Below the pieces are notes generated by a model, which saw nothing but the letters and a program-made list of their open reading frames with translations, was not told where the DNA came from and ran no database searches. The translations under genes and the position numbers were made by a program. Below, piece after piece: positions 1 to 8,928 of a stretch of DNA of 64,000 nt (its first letter is position 1; every line of letters starts with the position of its first letter). This DNA is from Escherichia phage Ge15. The stretch lies in the sequence record PP359696.1; one strand, 5' to 3'.

Positions 1-263
1 TCTAAAAAATGACCATAAACTCTAGTTCCTTCTACCGGACCAGTAACGGAGCCTCCAATTCCAGACATTGCTGCAGAAGTTATAGGTTGAATAACTGACA
101 TCCATGGTAATTTATCAGTTGGAATACCCATTACATCGCCTTGGGCTCTTTGAGGTGGATGCAAACCAACCACACGAACACGAACACGACCTAATTTTAA
201 TGGGTCCATTCTATCTTCAACAACACCAACAAACCAATTAAGGTTATTACTTATCATTTCCAT
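1..263 (-). CDS. 5: baseplate hub subunit / tail lysozyme gp5, N-terminal fragment (gene continues past window start)
   Basis: Minus-strand ATG at 263 giving MEMISNNLNWFVGVVEDRMDP..., recognised as T4 gp5 N-terminus; overlaps 3' end of gene 53. Confidence 0.8.
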   Translation of the reverse strand, partial: MEMISNNLNWFVGVVEDRMDPLKLGRVRVRVVGLHPPQRAQGDVMGIPTDKLPWMSVIQPITSAAMSGIGGSVTGPVEGTRVYGHFL

Positions 264-837
264 AAGATTTCTCCATTATACGTATAAGGTCGTTCATAAA
301 TGAATTGATGTCTGATTTTGCTATTATTTTTATTTGACGAAGTTTTTCATTTTCAAGAACAGCAGCTTCATACGTATCTACCGCAGCAAGTGCTCCTTCA
401 TATTGAGGATATTTTCTAGCTTTATCGCCTTTGTCATACCAAACATATGGATTATCATCATATGATATTAAATTATAAAATTTTTCACCGTTCTCATTCA
501 CATGATATACTATTTGGTCTCCACCTACGTTTTTGTATTTTTGTATAGATGCTTGATAAGCAGCTTCTTGCGAAGTAATCCATCCATAATACGGATCATA
601 ATTATCATTACACATCAATAAAACCCAATACAACTGCGGATTTCCATATATAGCATTTGCTAATTCTTCAGGGCGTGGTGAACCTTTAATATAATAAGTA
701 CGTAAGCGGTATCCCGCAAGAGCACGTTTGAAATAGTCTTTATAGTTTCTAAAAATATCTGTCATAGGAATAGTCGGCGCGTTTTTATTCACCGTTTTGG
801 CCGCATATTCAATCGGATCAAAAAATGTAAAGAGCAT
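247..837 (-). CDS. 53: baseplate wedge subunit gp53
   Basis: 196-aa minus-strand ORF; size and position upstream of gene 5 and divergent from gene 4 match T4 gp53. Confidence 0.8.
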   Translation of the reverse strand: MLFTFFDPIEYAAKTVNKNAPTIPMTDIFRNYKDYFKRALAGYRLRTYYIKGSPRPEELANAIYGNPQLYWVLLMCNDNYDPYYGWITSQEAAYQASIQKYKNVGGDQIVYHVNENGEKFYNLISYDDNPYVWYDKGDKARKYPQYEGALAAVDTYEAAVLENEKLRQIKIIAKSDINSFMNDLIRIMEKSYGNDK

Positions 838-850
838 GGGCCCTCCTGTT

Positions 851-858
851 TATAAATA
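851..858 (+). promoter_or_regulatory. late promoter TATAAATA for gene 4
   Basis: Exact TATAAATA about 27 nt upstream of gene 4 ATG. Confidence 0.6.
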
Positions 859-866
859 TATTATCT

Positions 867-874
867 ATTTATAA
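867..874 (-). promoter_or_regulatory. late promoter (TATAAATA on minus strand) for gene 53
   Basis: Reverse complement of TATTTATA lies about 30 nt upstream of gene 53 start. Confidence 0.5.
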
Positions 875-884
875 GGAGAATCCA

Positions 885-1337
885 ATGGCATATTCTGGAA
901 AATGGGTTCCTAAAAATATATCAAAATATAGAGGTGACCCTAAAAAAATTACGTATAGATCAAATTGGGAAAAATTCTTTTTTGAATGGTTAGATAAAAA
1001 TCCAGAAATTATTGCATGGGGTAGTGAAACAGCAGTAATTCCTTATTTTTGTAATGCAGAAGGGAAAAAACGTAGATACTTCATGGATATTTGGATGAAA
1101 GATTCTTCTGGACAAGAATTTTTTATTGAAATAAAACCTAAAAAAGAAACACAACCACCAGTTAAACCGGCACATCTAACAACCGCAGCGAAGAAAAGAT
1201 TTATGAATGAAATTTATACATATTCCGTTAATACTGATAAATGGAAAGCAGCGCAAGCTTTAGCTGAAAAGCGTGGAATAAAATTTAGAATTCTAACAGA
1301 AGATGGATTAAGAGCTCTTGGCTTTAAGGGGGCATAA
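885..1337 (+). CDS. 4: head completion protein gp4
   Basis: 150-aa ORF; length and synteny (53 | 4-2-3-1) match T4 gp4. Confidence 0.85.
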   Translation: MAYSGKWVPKNISKYRGDPKKITYRSNWEKFFFEWLDKNPEIIAWGSETAVIPYFCNAEGKKRRYFMDIWMKDSSGQEFFIEIKPKKETQPPVKPAHLTTAAKKRFMNEIYTYSVNTDKWKAAQALAEKRGIKFRILTEDGLRALGFKGA

Positions 1338-2161
1338 TGGCTATTTTTCAAATAATTAATGAAAGCACTCCCCAAGTTCCAAAGGTTAAGCAATCATTAA
1401 ACGAAAAGAAATGGATTCAGATAGGTCTTGAATACAGAAAGGCCAAAGCAAAAGGAATGACAGGAAAGCAATTTGCTGAAGAAAGAGGAATCAAATACTC
1501 TACGTTTACTTCGGCAATGTCAAAATATGCTTCAGGAATTAAAACGGCTGAAAAGATTCAAAAGCTTGAATCAAAACCAATGAATAAACTCAATAAGCAA
1601 GAAAGACAACTGCTTATGATAAATTCATTCAGGCAAACATTGCGTGATAAAATTCGTAATGAAGGTGCAGCAATTAATAATAAAACCAGAAAGTGGTTTG
1701 CTGAAACTATTAAGCAAGTAAAAGGACATAAAGTTGTTCGCCCGCAGCCGGGACGAATATATGCTTTTGCTTATGATGCTAAACACAAGGAAACTCTTCC
1801 TTATTGGGATAAATTTCCTTTGATAATTTACCTTGGTTTAGGTAAACATAATTTAATGTACGGATTGAACTTGCACTATATTCCACCTAAAGCTCGTCAG
1901 CAATTTCTAGAAGAGCTTTTAAAGCAATATTCAAATACACCTACTATTACTAATAAAACGAAATTAAAAATTGATTGGAGTCAAGTGAAAGGATTTAGGG
2001 GTGCAGACCAAATGATTAAGGCATATATACCTGGTAATATTATGGGTAGCCTCGTTGAAATCGCCCCGAAAGACTGGGCGAACGTTGTGTTAATGCCACT
2101 TCAGCAGTTCGTTTCAAAAGGAAAACGTTTCTCTGCAAACAAAGTCTGGTCAAATATCTAA
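1337..2161 (+). CDS. 2: DNA end protector protein gp2
   Basis: 274-aa ORF, start overlaps gene 4 stop; T4 gp2 size and position. Confidence 0.85.
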   Translation: MAIFQIINESTPQVPKVKQSLNEKKWIQIGLEYRKAKAKGMTGKQFAEERGIKYSTFTSAMSKYASGIKTAEKIQKLESKPMNKLNKQERQLLMINSFRQTLRDKIRNEGAAINNKTRKWFAETIKQVKGHKVVRPQPGRIYAFAYDAKHKETLPYWDKFPLIIYLGLGKHNLMYGLNLHYIPPKARQQFLEELLKQYSNTPTITNKTKLKIDWSQVKGFRGADQMIKAYIPGNIMGSLVEIAPKDWANVVLMPLQQFVSKGKRFSANKVWSNI

Positions 2162-2267
2162 TTCTATTATCTTCCATTCTTTTCTATTGTTTGTTCTAAT
2201 TGGAATTGAATGGAAGGGACTTAGACCCATTATACCACCAACATTTATGAAGCATTATGAGGAATAT

Positions 2268-2798
2268 ATGTCGCAAGCACTACAACAAATTTTTAACCAA
2301 GCAAATACAACTAACTTTGTAGTATCAATACCGCATAGTAATACTACATCCGCTTTTACTTTAAATGCTCAGTCAGTTCCTATTCCGGGAATTAGGATAC
2401 CTGTTACTGATACCGTGACTGGGCCGTTTGGACTAGGCCGAGCACAACGTCCAGGTGTTACATTTGAGTACGACCCACTCATCGTGAGATTTATAGTTGA
2501 TGAAGAGCTTAAGTCGTGGATAGGAATGTATGAATGGATGCTAGGAACTAGTAACTATCTTACAGGCGAAAATACTGCCCAAAAAACAGGTCCTGAATAC
2601 ATTACGCTTTACATTTTAGATAATAGTAAAACTGAAATCGTGATGTCAATAAATTTTTATAAGCCCTGGGTTTCTGACCTGTCTGAAGTAGAATTTAGCT
2701 ACACAGAAGATTCAGACCCAGCCTTAGTATGCACAGCAACGATTCCTTATACGTATTTTCAAGTAGAAAAAGATGGAAAAATTATAGCAGAAGTTTAA
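2268..2798 (+). CDS. 3: tail completion / sheath stabiliser gp3
   Basis: Start chosen at ATG 2268 preceded by GAGGAA, giving 176 aa as in T4 gp3; the longer track ORF from 2187 lacks an RBS. Confidence 0.75.
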   Translation: MSQALQQIFNQANTTNFVVSIPHSNTTSAFTLNAQSVPIPGIRIPVTDTVTGPFGLGRAQRPGVTFEYDPLIVRFIVDEELKSWIGMYEWMLGTSNYLTGENTAQKTGPEYITLYILDNSKTEIVMSINFYKPWVSDLSEVEFSYTEDSDPALVCTATIPYTYFQVEKDGKIIAEV

Positions 2799-2847
2799 TG
2801 CTTCAGTTTCATGTGTTATAATCTTAACTAAATTTGAGGAGAAACAT

Positions 2848-3560
2848 ATGAAACTAATCTTTTTAAGTGGTGTAAAGCGTAGTGGAAAAGATACTACTGC
2901 AGATTTTATTATGAATAATTATTCTGCAGTTAAATATCAACTTGCTGGTCCTATTAAGGATGCATTGGCTTATGCATGGGGTGTATTTGCAGCAAACACT
3001 GACTATCCTTGTTTAACTCGTAAAGAGTTTGAAGGAATTGACTATGATCGTGAAACTAATTTAAATCTGACTAAATTAGAAGTAATTACGATTATGGAAC
3101 AAGCATTTTGCTATCTTAATAGTAAAAGCCCAATTAAAGGTGTGTTTGTTTTTGATGACGCAGTTAATTTCGTAGCATTTAACAAGATTGCTGACGTTAT
3201 AAATAATATTGAAGATCAATGGTCAGTCCGTCGTCTGATGCAAGCCCTAGGTACGGATTTGATTGTTAATAACTTCGACCGCATGTATTGGGTAAAATTA
3301 TTTGCTTTAGATTATCTTGATAAATTTAACTCAGGTTATGATTATTATATCGTTCCTGATACTCGTCAAGATCATGAAATGGATGCGGCTAGGGCGATGG
3401 GTGCTACAGTAATTCATGTAGTTCGTCCTGGTCAAAAATCCAATGATACACATATTACAGAAGCTGGATTGCCAATTCATGATGGCGATTTAGTAATTAC
3501 AAACGATGGTTCTCTTGAAGAACTTTTTTCTAAAATTAAAAATACACTAAAGGTACTATA

Positions 3561-3561
<1 letters not shown>
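2848..3561 (+). CDS. 1: deoxynucleoside monophosphate kinase gp1
   Basis: 237-aa ORF with P-loop GVKRSGKDT; sequence recognised as T4 dNMP kinase. Confidence 0.9.
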
Positions 3562-4258
<697 letters not shown>

Positions 4259-4261
4259 TTT

Positions 4262-4312
4262 CACAAAGTTGTTTACATACTGATGAGGTAGTGATACTAT
4301 TACCTCATCAAA
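4262..4312 (+). promoter_or_regulatory. early promoter embedded in stem-loop (PeSL-like cassette)
   Basis: TTCACAAAGTTGTTTACA -35 region, GTGATACTAT -10 region, flanked by inverted arms TGATGAGGTA / TACCTCATCA. Confidence 0.6.
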
Positions 4313-4330
4313 ATTAATTAGGAAAATAAA

Positions 4331-4588
4331 ATGAAAACTTTCAAAGAGTTTGCTACAAAAACTACTATCACTGAATCTTCCCACGGTATGGAAGTAAAGC
4401 TTGGAATGGCTTTAGCTGAAGCTGAGCGTCTTTTCTCTCGTATTAAAGAACTTGCTGCTGCAGTCGATCCTTCATCTTTTAAAGGAGACCAAACTAAAGT
4501 TAAAGCACTTTTAGCATTATGCTCAGATGCAGGAGAAATTGCTAAAAATGGTTCTAAGATGAAGAAACGATTAGAAGATTTAAAATAA
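4331..4588 (+). CDS. internal-protein-like small protein with capsid-targeting-like N-terminus (IPI locus)
   Basis: 85-aa ORF starting MKTFKEFATKTTITE, in the position of T4 ipI next to 57B. Confidence 0.6.
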   Translation: MKTFKEFATKTTITESSHGMEVKLGMALAEAERLFSRIKELAAAVDPSSFKGDQTKVKALLALCSDAGEIAKNGSKMKKRLEDLK

Positions 4589-4591
4589 TTT

Positions 4592-4645
4592 CACAAAGTT
4601 GTTTACACAGGGTTTTAGTAGTGATACTATTACTCTATCAAAACA
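4592..4645 (+). promoter_or_regulatory. early promoter / stem-loop cassette (second copy)
   Basis: Near-identical TTCACAAAGTTGTTTACA ... GTGATACTATTAC core as at 4262. Confidence 0.55.
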
Positions 4646-4664
4646 AAACCAAATGGAAATCAAA

Positions 4665-4898
4665 ATGAAAACTTTCAAAGAGTTTATCGCTGAATCTTCT
4701 GATGTAAAAGTTGAGTTTATTTACACCGGCAAGAAAGATAAAATGGGTGAAATGCCTCATGGAGTTCTTCGTGATGCATTAGATAATTTCGGTCAACTCG
4801 CCGCAGAAGATTACGGTGATAAAATTGTTGTTACTGGTCCTGCTGCAGTTATTGAAAAATGGGCAGCAGAAAATAAATCAATTTTTCGTAAAAAATAA
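4665..4898 (+). CDS. internal-protein-like small protein with capsid targeting sequence
   Basis: 77-aa ORF from ATG 4665, N-terminus MKTFKEFIAE matches the T4 internal-protein CTS consensus. Confidence 0.6.
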   Translation: MKTFKEFIAESSDVKVEFIYTGKKDKMGEMPHGVLRDALDNFGQLAAEDYGDKIVVTGPAAVIEKWAAENKSIFRKK

Positions 4899-4940
4899 GT
4901 TTACTTTTAGATAGGGTAGTGATACTATTACCCTATCAAC
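4899..4940 (+). promoter_or_regulatory. early promoter / stem-loop cassette (third copy)
   Basis: GTTTAC then GATAGGGTA-GTGATACTAT-TACCCTATC inverted repeat around the -10. Confidence 0.55.
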
Positions 4941-4956
4941 TACCGAGGAGAATAAA

Positions 4957-5142
4957 ATGAAACGTTGTGAATTAATTCGAAATGTTGCTATTGCAATTTC
5001 TGCTTCCGCTTTTAGTTTTTCAATGTTTGTTGGATTTATATGCGGATTATTGACTACAGCAGAAAATGTGTTTTCACTTGTAGTAGCATTTTTAATTGGT
5101 TTAATTGCTATCGTTATGGATAAAATTTCTAAAGGTGAATAG
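4957..5142 (+). CDS. small membrane protein, unknown function
   Basis: 61-aa ORF with GAGGAG RBS, two hydrophobic helices. Confidence 0.5.
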   Translation: MKRCELIRNVAIAISASAFSFSMFVGFICGLLTTAENVFSLVVAFLIGLIAIVMDKISKGE

Positions 5143-5143
5143 A

Positions 5144-5524
5144 ATGTACAAAGTGTATGCGGATTATCAGGCTAATCCATCTGAAAAGCCAGGTTGTCAA
5201 ATTGGATGGGCTCATGATACTTTGCTTGAAGCAGTAGATGCTGCTCAAAAATTGGGATATAAATATGTAGAGATTGTTCAACCGTCAGGAAAGGTTATTA
5301 CTCTTGAAGAGTTCAATAACATTAAACCAAACTTTTTACTTTTTGCAGGTGATAATTATTATCCTCGTGGTGGATATGCTGATTTAATCGCGAAAGCCGC
5401 TACCGAAGATGAACTCCGTGATATTATCAAAGAAAATGAAAACAAACCAGATTATGGTTCTAATCGCTTTGATTGGTGGCAAATTGTAAATGCCAATACG
5501 CATACTATTGTTGATGAAGGTTGA
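5144..5524 (+). CDS. hypothetical protein
   Basis: 126-aa ORF from ATG 5144 preceded by AGGTGA; co-directional early array. Confidence 0.55.
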   Translation: MYKVYADYQANPSEKPGCQIGWAHDTLLEAVDAAQKLGYKYVEIVQPSGKVITLEEFNNIKPNFLLFAGDNYYPRGGYADLIAKAATEDELRDIIKENENKPDYGSNRFDWWQIVNANTHTIVDEG

Positions 5525-5814
5525 TAATGATTCTTTACGCGAAAGTATCATCCATTGAAAATGGATATAAATATGATCAAGACGCGGCTAAAGCCTTGAT
5601 TGATGATTATGGCATTTTAACATATTTTGAAGTTGAAAAGGTTTACATTGACCGTTCATCTTCACAAGTTAAATTAGTGAAGGAAGACCGTAAATTTAAT
5701 ACAGTAAATTTTGATTTCTTTATCGAAACAGAAAAAGGTCCTCTTGAATATGATATTTTCAAGAATCCTTTGGGTCTTGAATGTATCGTAAATATGTATC
5801 ATCATAAATGGTAA
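5521..5814 (+). CDS. hypothetical protein
   Basis: 97-aa ORF overlapping upstream stop (coupled). Confidence 0.5.
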   Translation: MIMILYAKVSSIENGYKYDQDAAKALIDDYGILTYFEVEKVYIDRSSSQVKLVKEDRKFNTVNFDFFIETEKGPLEYDIFKNPLGLECIVNMYHHKW

Positions 5815-5911
5815 ATATGCTTTAAGAATTATTTGTTATTATTAATTCATACCGCACTGATTAATACCCTCTATCATCAAGGGTTCTTGTTTGAGAGCCT
5901 TTGTTAATAAT

Positions 5912-5984
5912 TGGGAATTAGCCAAGTTGGTAAGGCACTGGATTTTGATTCCAGGATGCAAAGGTTCGAGTCCTTTATTCCCAG
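5912..5984 (+). tRNA. tRNA-Gln (anticodon UUG)
   Basis: Cloverleaf by eye: acceptor TGGGAAT/ATTCCCA, anticodon loop TTTTGAT, T-arm GGTTCGAGTCC; abuts tRNA-Leu as a dimeric precursor. Confidence 0.85.
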
Positions 5985-5985
5985 C

Positions 5986-6073
5986 GCGAGAATGGTCAAA
6001 TTGGTAAAGGCACAGCACTTAAAATGCTGCGGAATTATTTCCTTGTGGGTTCGAGTCCCACTTCTCGCACCAA
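5986..6073 (+). tRNA. tRNA-Leu (anticodon UAA)
   Basis: Acceptor GCGAGAA/TTCTCGC, anticodon loop CTTAAAA, long variable arm, encoded CCA. Confidence 0.85.
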
Positions 6074-6077
6074 ATTT

Positions 6078-6151
<74 letters not shown>

Positions 6152-6155
6152 ATTT

Positions 6156-6806
6156 ATGACTCGTCGTGAGACGCTCAGTTCTTTATTAGGGACTGATATG
6201 CATTTTTATCTTTATAAAATAACAAATAAAATTAATAATAAAATTTATATTGGTGTGCATTCTACCGAAAATTTAGATGATGGATATATGGGTTCTGGTA
6301 AATTATTAAAAAGAGCCCAAGATAAATATGGTATAGAAAATTTTTCTAAAGAAATATTAGAGTATTTTGATGATAAAGAATCTATGCTTGAAGCCGAGAA
6401 AAATATTGTCACAGAAGAGTTTTTAAATAGACCAGATGTGTATAATTTAAAACTTGGAGGTGAAGGTGGATGGGACCATATAAATAATTATCCTATGACA
6501 GATCAGCAACGCGAATTAATTTCATTGGGTGTTAAAAAGGCACATTCTAACGGAAAATTAAAAGGATGGTCTTCAAATGGATTAATGAAGAATGGCTTTA
6601 CTGGTAAAACTCATTCTCAAGAAGCTAAACGTAAAATAGCAAAAGCAAACGAAGCAAAAGTTTCTGCGGATGAAAGAAAAAGAAGAATAGAAATTTCTAA
6701 ATTATATGATTTTTCTAAGCGTGGTGAATTATCTAAATATGCTAAGCATATTGGCGTAAGTCATACTCAAGCAAAAAGAATTCTAAATCAAATTAACAAT
6801 ATATAA
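6156..6806 (+). CDS. segB: GIY-YIG homing endonuclease SegB-like
   Basis: GIY-YIG motifs (YLYKITNKINNKIYIGVH ... YMGSG) in an ORF embedded in the tRNA cluster as T4 segB; true start may be ATG 6198. Confidence 0.75.
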   Translation: MTRRETLSSLLGTDMHFYLYKITNKINNKIYIGVHSTENLDDGYMGSGKLLKRAQDKYGIENFSKEILEYFDDKESMLEAEKNIVTEEFLNRPDVYNLKLGGEGGWDHINNYPMTDQQRELISLGVKKAHSNGKLKGWSSNGLMKNGFTGKTHSQEAKRKIAKANEAKVSADERKRRIEISKLYDFSKRGELSKYAKHIGVSHTQAKRILNQINNI

Positions 6807-6812
6807 ATATTT

Positions 6813-6902
6813 GGAGGCGTGGCAGAGTGGTTTAATGCACCGGTCTTGAAAACCGGCAGTCGCTCCGGCGACTCATAGGTTCAAATCCTATCGCCTCCGC
6901 CA
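6813..6902 (+). tRNA. tRNA-Ser (anticodon UGA)
   Basis: Acceptor GGAGGCG/CGCCTCC, anticodon loop CTTGAAA, long variable arm, CCA encoded. Confidence 0.85.
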
Positions 6903-6908
6903 GTTTTT

Positions 6909-6984
6909 GCTGATTTAGCTCAGTAGGTAGAGCAACTCACTTGTAATGAGAAGGTCGGCGGTTCGATTCCGTCAATCAGCACCA
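6909..6984 (+). tRNA. tRNA-Thr (anticodon UGU)
   Basis: Acceptor GCTGATT/AATCAGC, anticodon loop CTTGTAA, T-arm GGTTCGATTCC. Confidence 0.8.
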
Positions 6985-6985
6985 A

Positions 6986-7060
6986 GGCCCTGTAGCTGGA
7001 AGGTTCAAGCAAGCGACTCATAATCGCCAGATGGTGGTTCAATTCCACCCAGGGCCACCA
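6986..7060 (+). tRNA. tRNA with CAU anticodon (Ile, lysidine-type as in T4, or Met)
   Basis: Acceptor GGCCCTG/CAGGGCC, anticodon loop CTCATAA, T-arm GGTGGTTCAATTCCACC. Confidence 0.75.
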
Positions 7061-7066
7061 AATTAA

Positions 7067-7153
7067 GGGGAGTTATCCCGTAGAGGTAGCGGTGTGGACT
7101 GTAAATTCATTGTCATTGCGACTCGGGTGGTTCGACTCCACCACTCCCCACCA
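7067..7153 (+). tRNA. tRNA-Tyr (anticodon GUA)
   Basis: Acceptor GGGGAGT/ACTCCCC, anticodon loop CTGTAAA, long variable arm resembling E. coli tRNA-Tyr, T-arm GGTGGTTCGACTCCACC, CCA. Confidence 0.7.
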
Positions 7154-7157
7154 ATTT

Positions 7158-7232
7158 GGATGTGTAGCTCAATGGCAGAGCGATCGCCTGTTAAGCGATT
7201 GGTTATAGGTTCGAATCCTATCACGTCCGCCA
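7158..7232 (+). tRNA. tRNA-Asn (anticodon GUU)
   Basis: Acceptor GGATGTG/CACGTCC, anticodon stem ATCGC/GCGAT with loop CTGTTAA, T-arm GGTTCGAATCC. Confidence 0.8.
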
Positions 7233-7346
7233 AATTTGTGACAACTGTCACATTAATATCTACTTGACGCGATTATAGGGGTTGAACTGATCACTCTTCT
7301 CTTAATTTCGTGTGAAGACATCTTGATTGTTGGAGTAGGTATTAAT

Positions 7347-7422
7347 GTGGCCGTAGTTCAGTTGGTAGAACTCGAGATTGTGATTCTCGTAGTCATGGGT
7401 TCGACTCCCATCGGTCACCCCA
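7347..7422 (+). tRNA. tRNA-His (anticodon GUG)
   Basis: Extra 5' G, anticodon stem CGAGA/TCTCG with loop TTGTGAT, T-arm GGTTCGACTCC, CCA. Confidence 0.8.
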
Positions 7423-7426
7423 ATTA

Positions 7427-7502
7427 CGGGGCATAGCTCAGAAGGAAGAGCAAGGACCTTCTAAGTCCTAGGTCGTAGGTTCGATCCCTACTGCCTCGAC
7501 CA
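7427..7502 (+). tRNA. tRNA-Arg (anticodon UCU)
   Basis: Acceptor CGGGGCA/TGCCTCG, anticodon stem AGGAC/GTCCT with loop CTTCTAA, CCA. Confidence 0.85.
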
Positions 7503-7520
7503 ATTATAAGTGAGGAAAAT

Positions 7521-7871
7521 ATGAAAGGTAATGTTTATTTAGTAGTTCATGATTTAACATTTTACTTCAATGAATATGAAAAACATATCTCATTTCGTGA
7601 AATTAATTTACTTTATCAACATGCGGATTATATTTATATTCAAAACGAATTTGGTCATTGGCAATTTCTCAAAAATCGTTCATTTGGCTTAGATGGTTAC
7701 GAATACTTTGAACGTAAAGACCTTTTAGATAAAATTCCGTTATCTACGCAATATCAAAATCACAAATCTTTATATAAATGCCGTCCAATTCGAAATGTTG
7801 AATCCGCGTATGAAGCAATTGATTTATGGCGTGAACGCCGTAAACAGATTGATGCTTTAAAAGAATATTAA
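7521..7871 (+). CDS. hypothetical protein
   Basis: 116-aa ORF with GAGGA RBS immediately after tRNA-Arg. Confidence 0.55.
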   Translation: MKGNVYLVVHDLTFYFNEYEKHISFREINLLYQHADYIYIQNEFGHWQFLKNRSFGLDGYEYFERKDLLDKIPLSTQYQNHKSLYKCRPIRNVESAYEAIDLWRERRKQIDALKEY

Positions 7872-7874
7872 GAA

Positions 7875-8180
7875 ACCGGGTCGCTACCGGTAAGTCGTCG
7901 GACTGATGTTCCCTGAGTAAGGAATTGCGTTAATAATCTTTGCGTTTATTGATGCCCTCTTACATCACAGCAGAAACGGCGCACCGAATTATCGATTCGA
8001 GGAAATATCTTTGCCGTAAGCCGAGTAGCGTTTTTGACGGAACGTTCGGATATGGTCGAGATATGGCCTTTTAAAAATATTGAGTAGCGTCAACTGCTTA
8101 ATAACCGGGTTCGAATCCCGGCGTTTCGTACAAACACTTGCCTTAGCAGGTGGAACCCCGACAAGGTTGCCGCAAGGCTT
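7875..8180 (+). ncRNA. structured non-coding region, candidate stable small RNA(s) (possibly T4 rnaC/rnaD analogues)
   Basis: About 300 nt with no plausible ORF, GC-rich local hairpins and a tRNA-like T-arm CCGGGTTCGAATCCCGG; ends at a terminator. Confidence 0.25.
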
Positions 8181-8181
8181 A

Positions 8182-8208
8182 GCCCCAGCCGAAAGGTTGG
8201 GGCTTTTT
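8182..8208 (+). terminator. rho-independent terminator
   Basis: Hairpin GCCCCAGCC-GAAA-GGTTGGGGC followed by TTTTT. Confidence 0.7.
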
Positions 8209-8210
8209 AG

Positions 8211-8218
8211 TATAAATA
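8211..8218 (+). promoter_or_regulatory. late promoter TATAAATA
   Basis: Exact TATAAATA about 37 nt upstream of ATG 8255. Confidence 0.6.
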
Positions 8219-8254
8219 AGTATATTAAAACCACGAATTAAAACAGGAAATAAG

Positions 8255-8728
8255 ATGAAATCATATGCTCAATTTTTAAATGAAGCGGTGTTAAATGAAG
8301 CATCTAGCACCGAAATTCAAGCTGTCGCAAAAGCTGCCATTGCCGCGGGTAAATATTCCTATAAAGATGCTTCCGATGAATCACGATTCCAATTTGCTCG
8401 TGATATGAAAGCCGAAGGATTTACAGGGAATGCAGTTAGTATGGCTTGGAAAAGTTTAGTTGCTACTGGAGCTGCTTTTGCAAAGGCTTCAGGTAAACCT
8501 GCTCCTAAGGCTGACCCTAAAGCAGCACAAGAGAAAAATATTGTTAAAGGAATTATCTCCAAATATGAAGCTATCCTTAAAGAGCTTTTAGTAATCAAAA
8601 CTGAAGGCCAAAAACTAGCTCGTGCTTATAGTTTCAAAGATAACCCACATGCTCACTCTCTTGAGTATGTTGAAGACATTCAAAAAATTATTAAAGACCG
8701 CATTTGGTCTGCTAAACAAATCAAATAA
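8255..8728 (+). CDS. internal-protein-like late protein with capsid targeting sequence
   Basis: 157-aa ORF, N-terminus MKSYAQFLNEAVLNEA resembles the internal-protein CTS with L-x-E cleavage sites; late promoter upstream; terminators on both sides. Confidence 0.6.
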   Translation: MKSYAQFLNEAVLNEASSTEIQAVAKAAIAAGKYSYKDASDESRFQFARDMKAEGFTGNAVSMAWKSLVATGAAFAKASGKPAPKADPKAAQEKNIVKGIISKYEAILKELLVIKTEGQKLARAYSFKDNPHAHSLEYVEDIQKIIKDRIWSAKQIK

Positions 8729-8735
8729 CATTCTT

Positions 8736-8763
8736 AGCCCTAGCCGAAAGGTTGGGGCTTTTT
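8736..8763 (+). terminator. rho-independent terminator
   Basis: Hairpin AGCCCTAGCC-GAAA-GGTTGGGGCT then TTTTT; near-copy of the 8182 terminator. Confidence 0.7.
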
Positions 8764-8898
8764 GGTATCTAGGCCTTTCCAGGCCTCTCTAGACATCATT
8801 TAGTTTCTACCCTTTATAATATATTATCCTATCCTTTGATTTCCCCTCCCTGCCCTAGAATTCCCCAAAACTTTTTAAAAATTTTTTTTCACAAAACG

Positions 8899-8928
8899 GT
8901 TTACATCCTTGTCCTTCCATGGTACTAT
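8899..8928 (+). promoter_or_regulatory. early promoter (GTTTAC -35, TGGTACTAT -10)
   Basis: T4 early-promoter-like element; core TGGTACTATACAACTATCAAC recurs at 20759, 24331, 26032 and 51373. Confidence 0.55.

Noticed and set aside
7063-7251. 62-aa minus-strand ORF
   Set aside because: Overlaps tRNA-Tyr and tRNA-Asn; a product of tRNA sequence, not a gene.
7233-7346. Possible additional tRNA between tRNA-Asn and tRNA-His
   Set aside because: No acceptor/T-arm pairing or GTTCGA-type T-loop could be built by hand.
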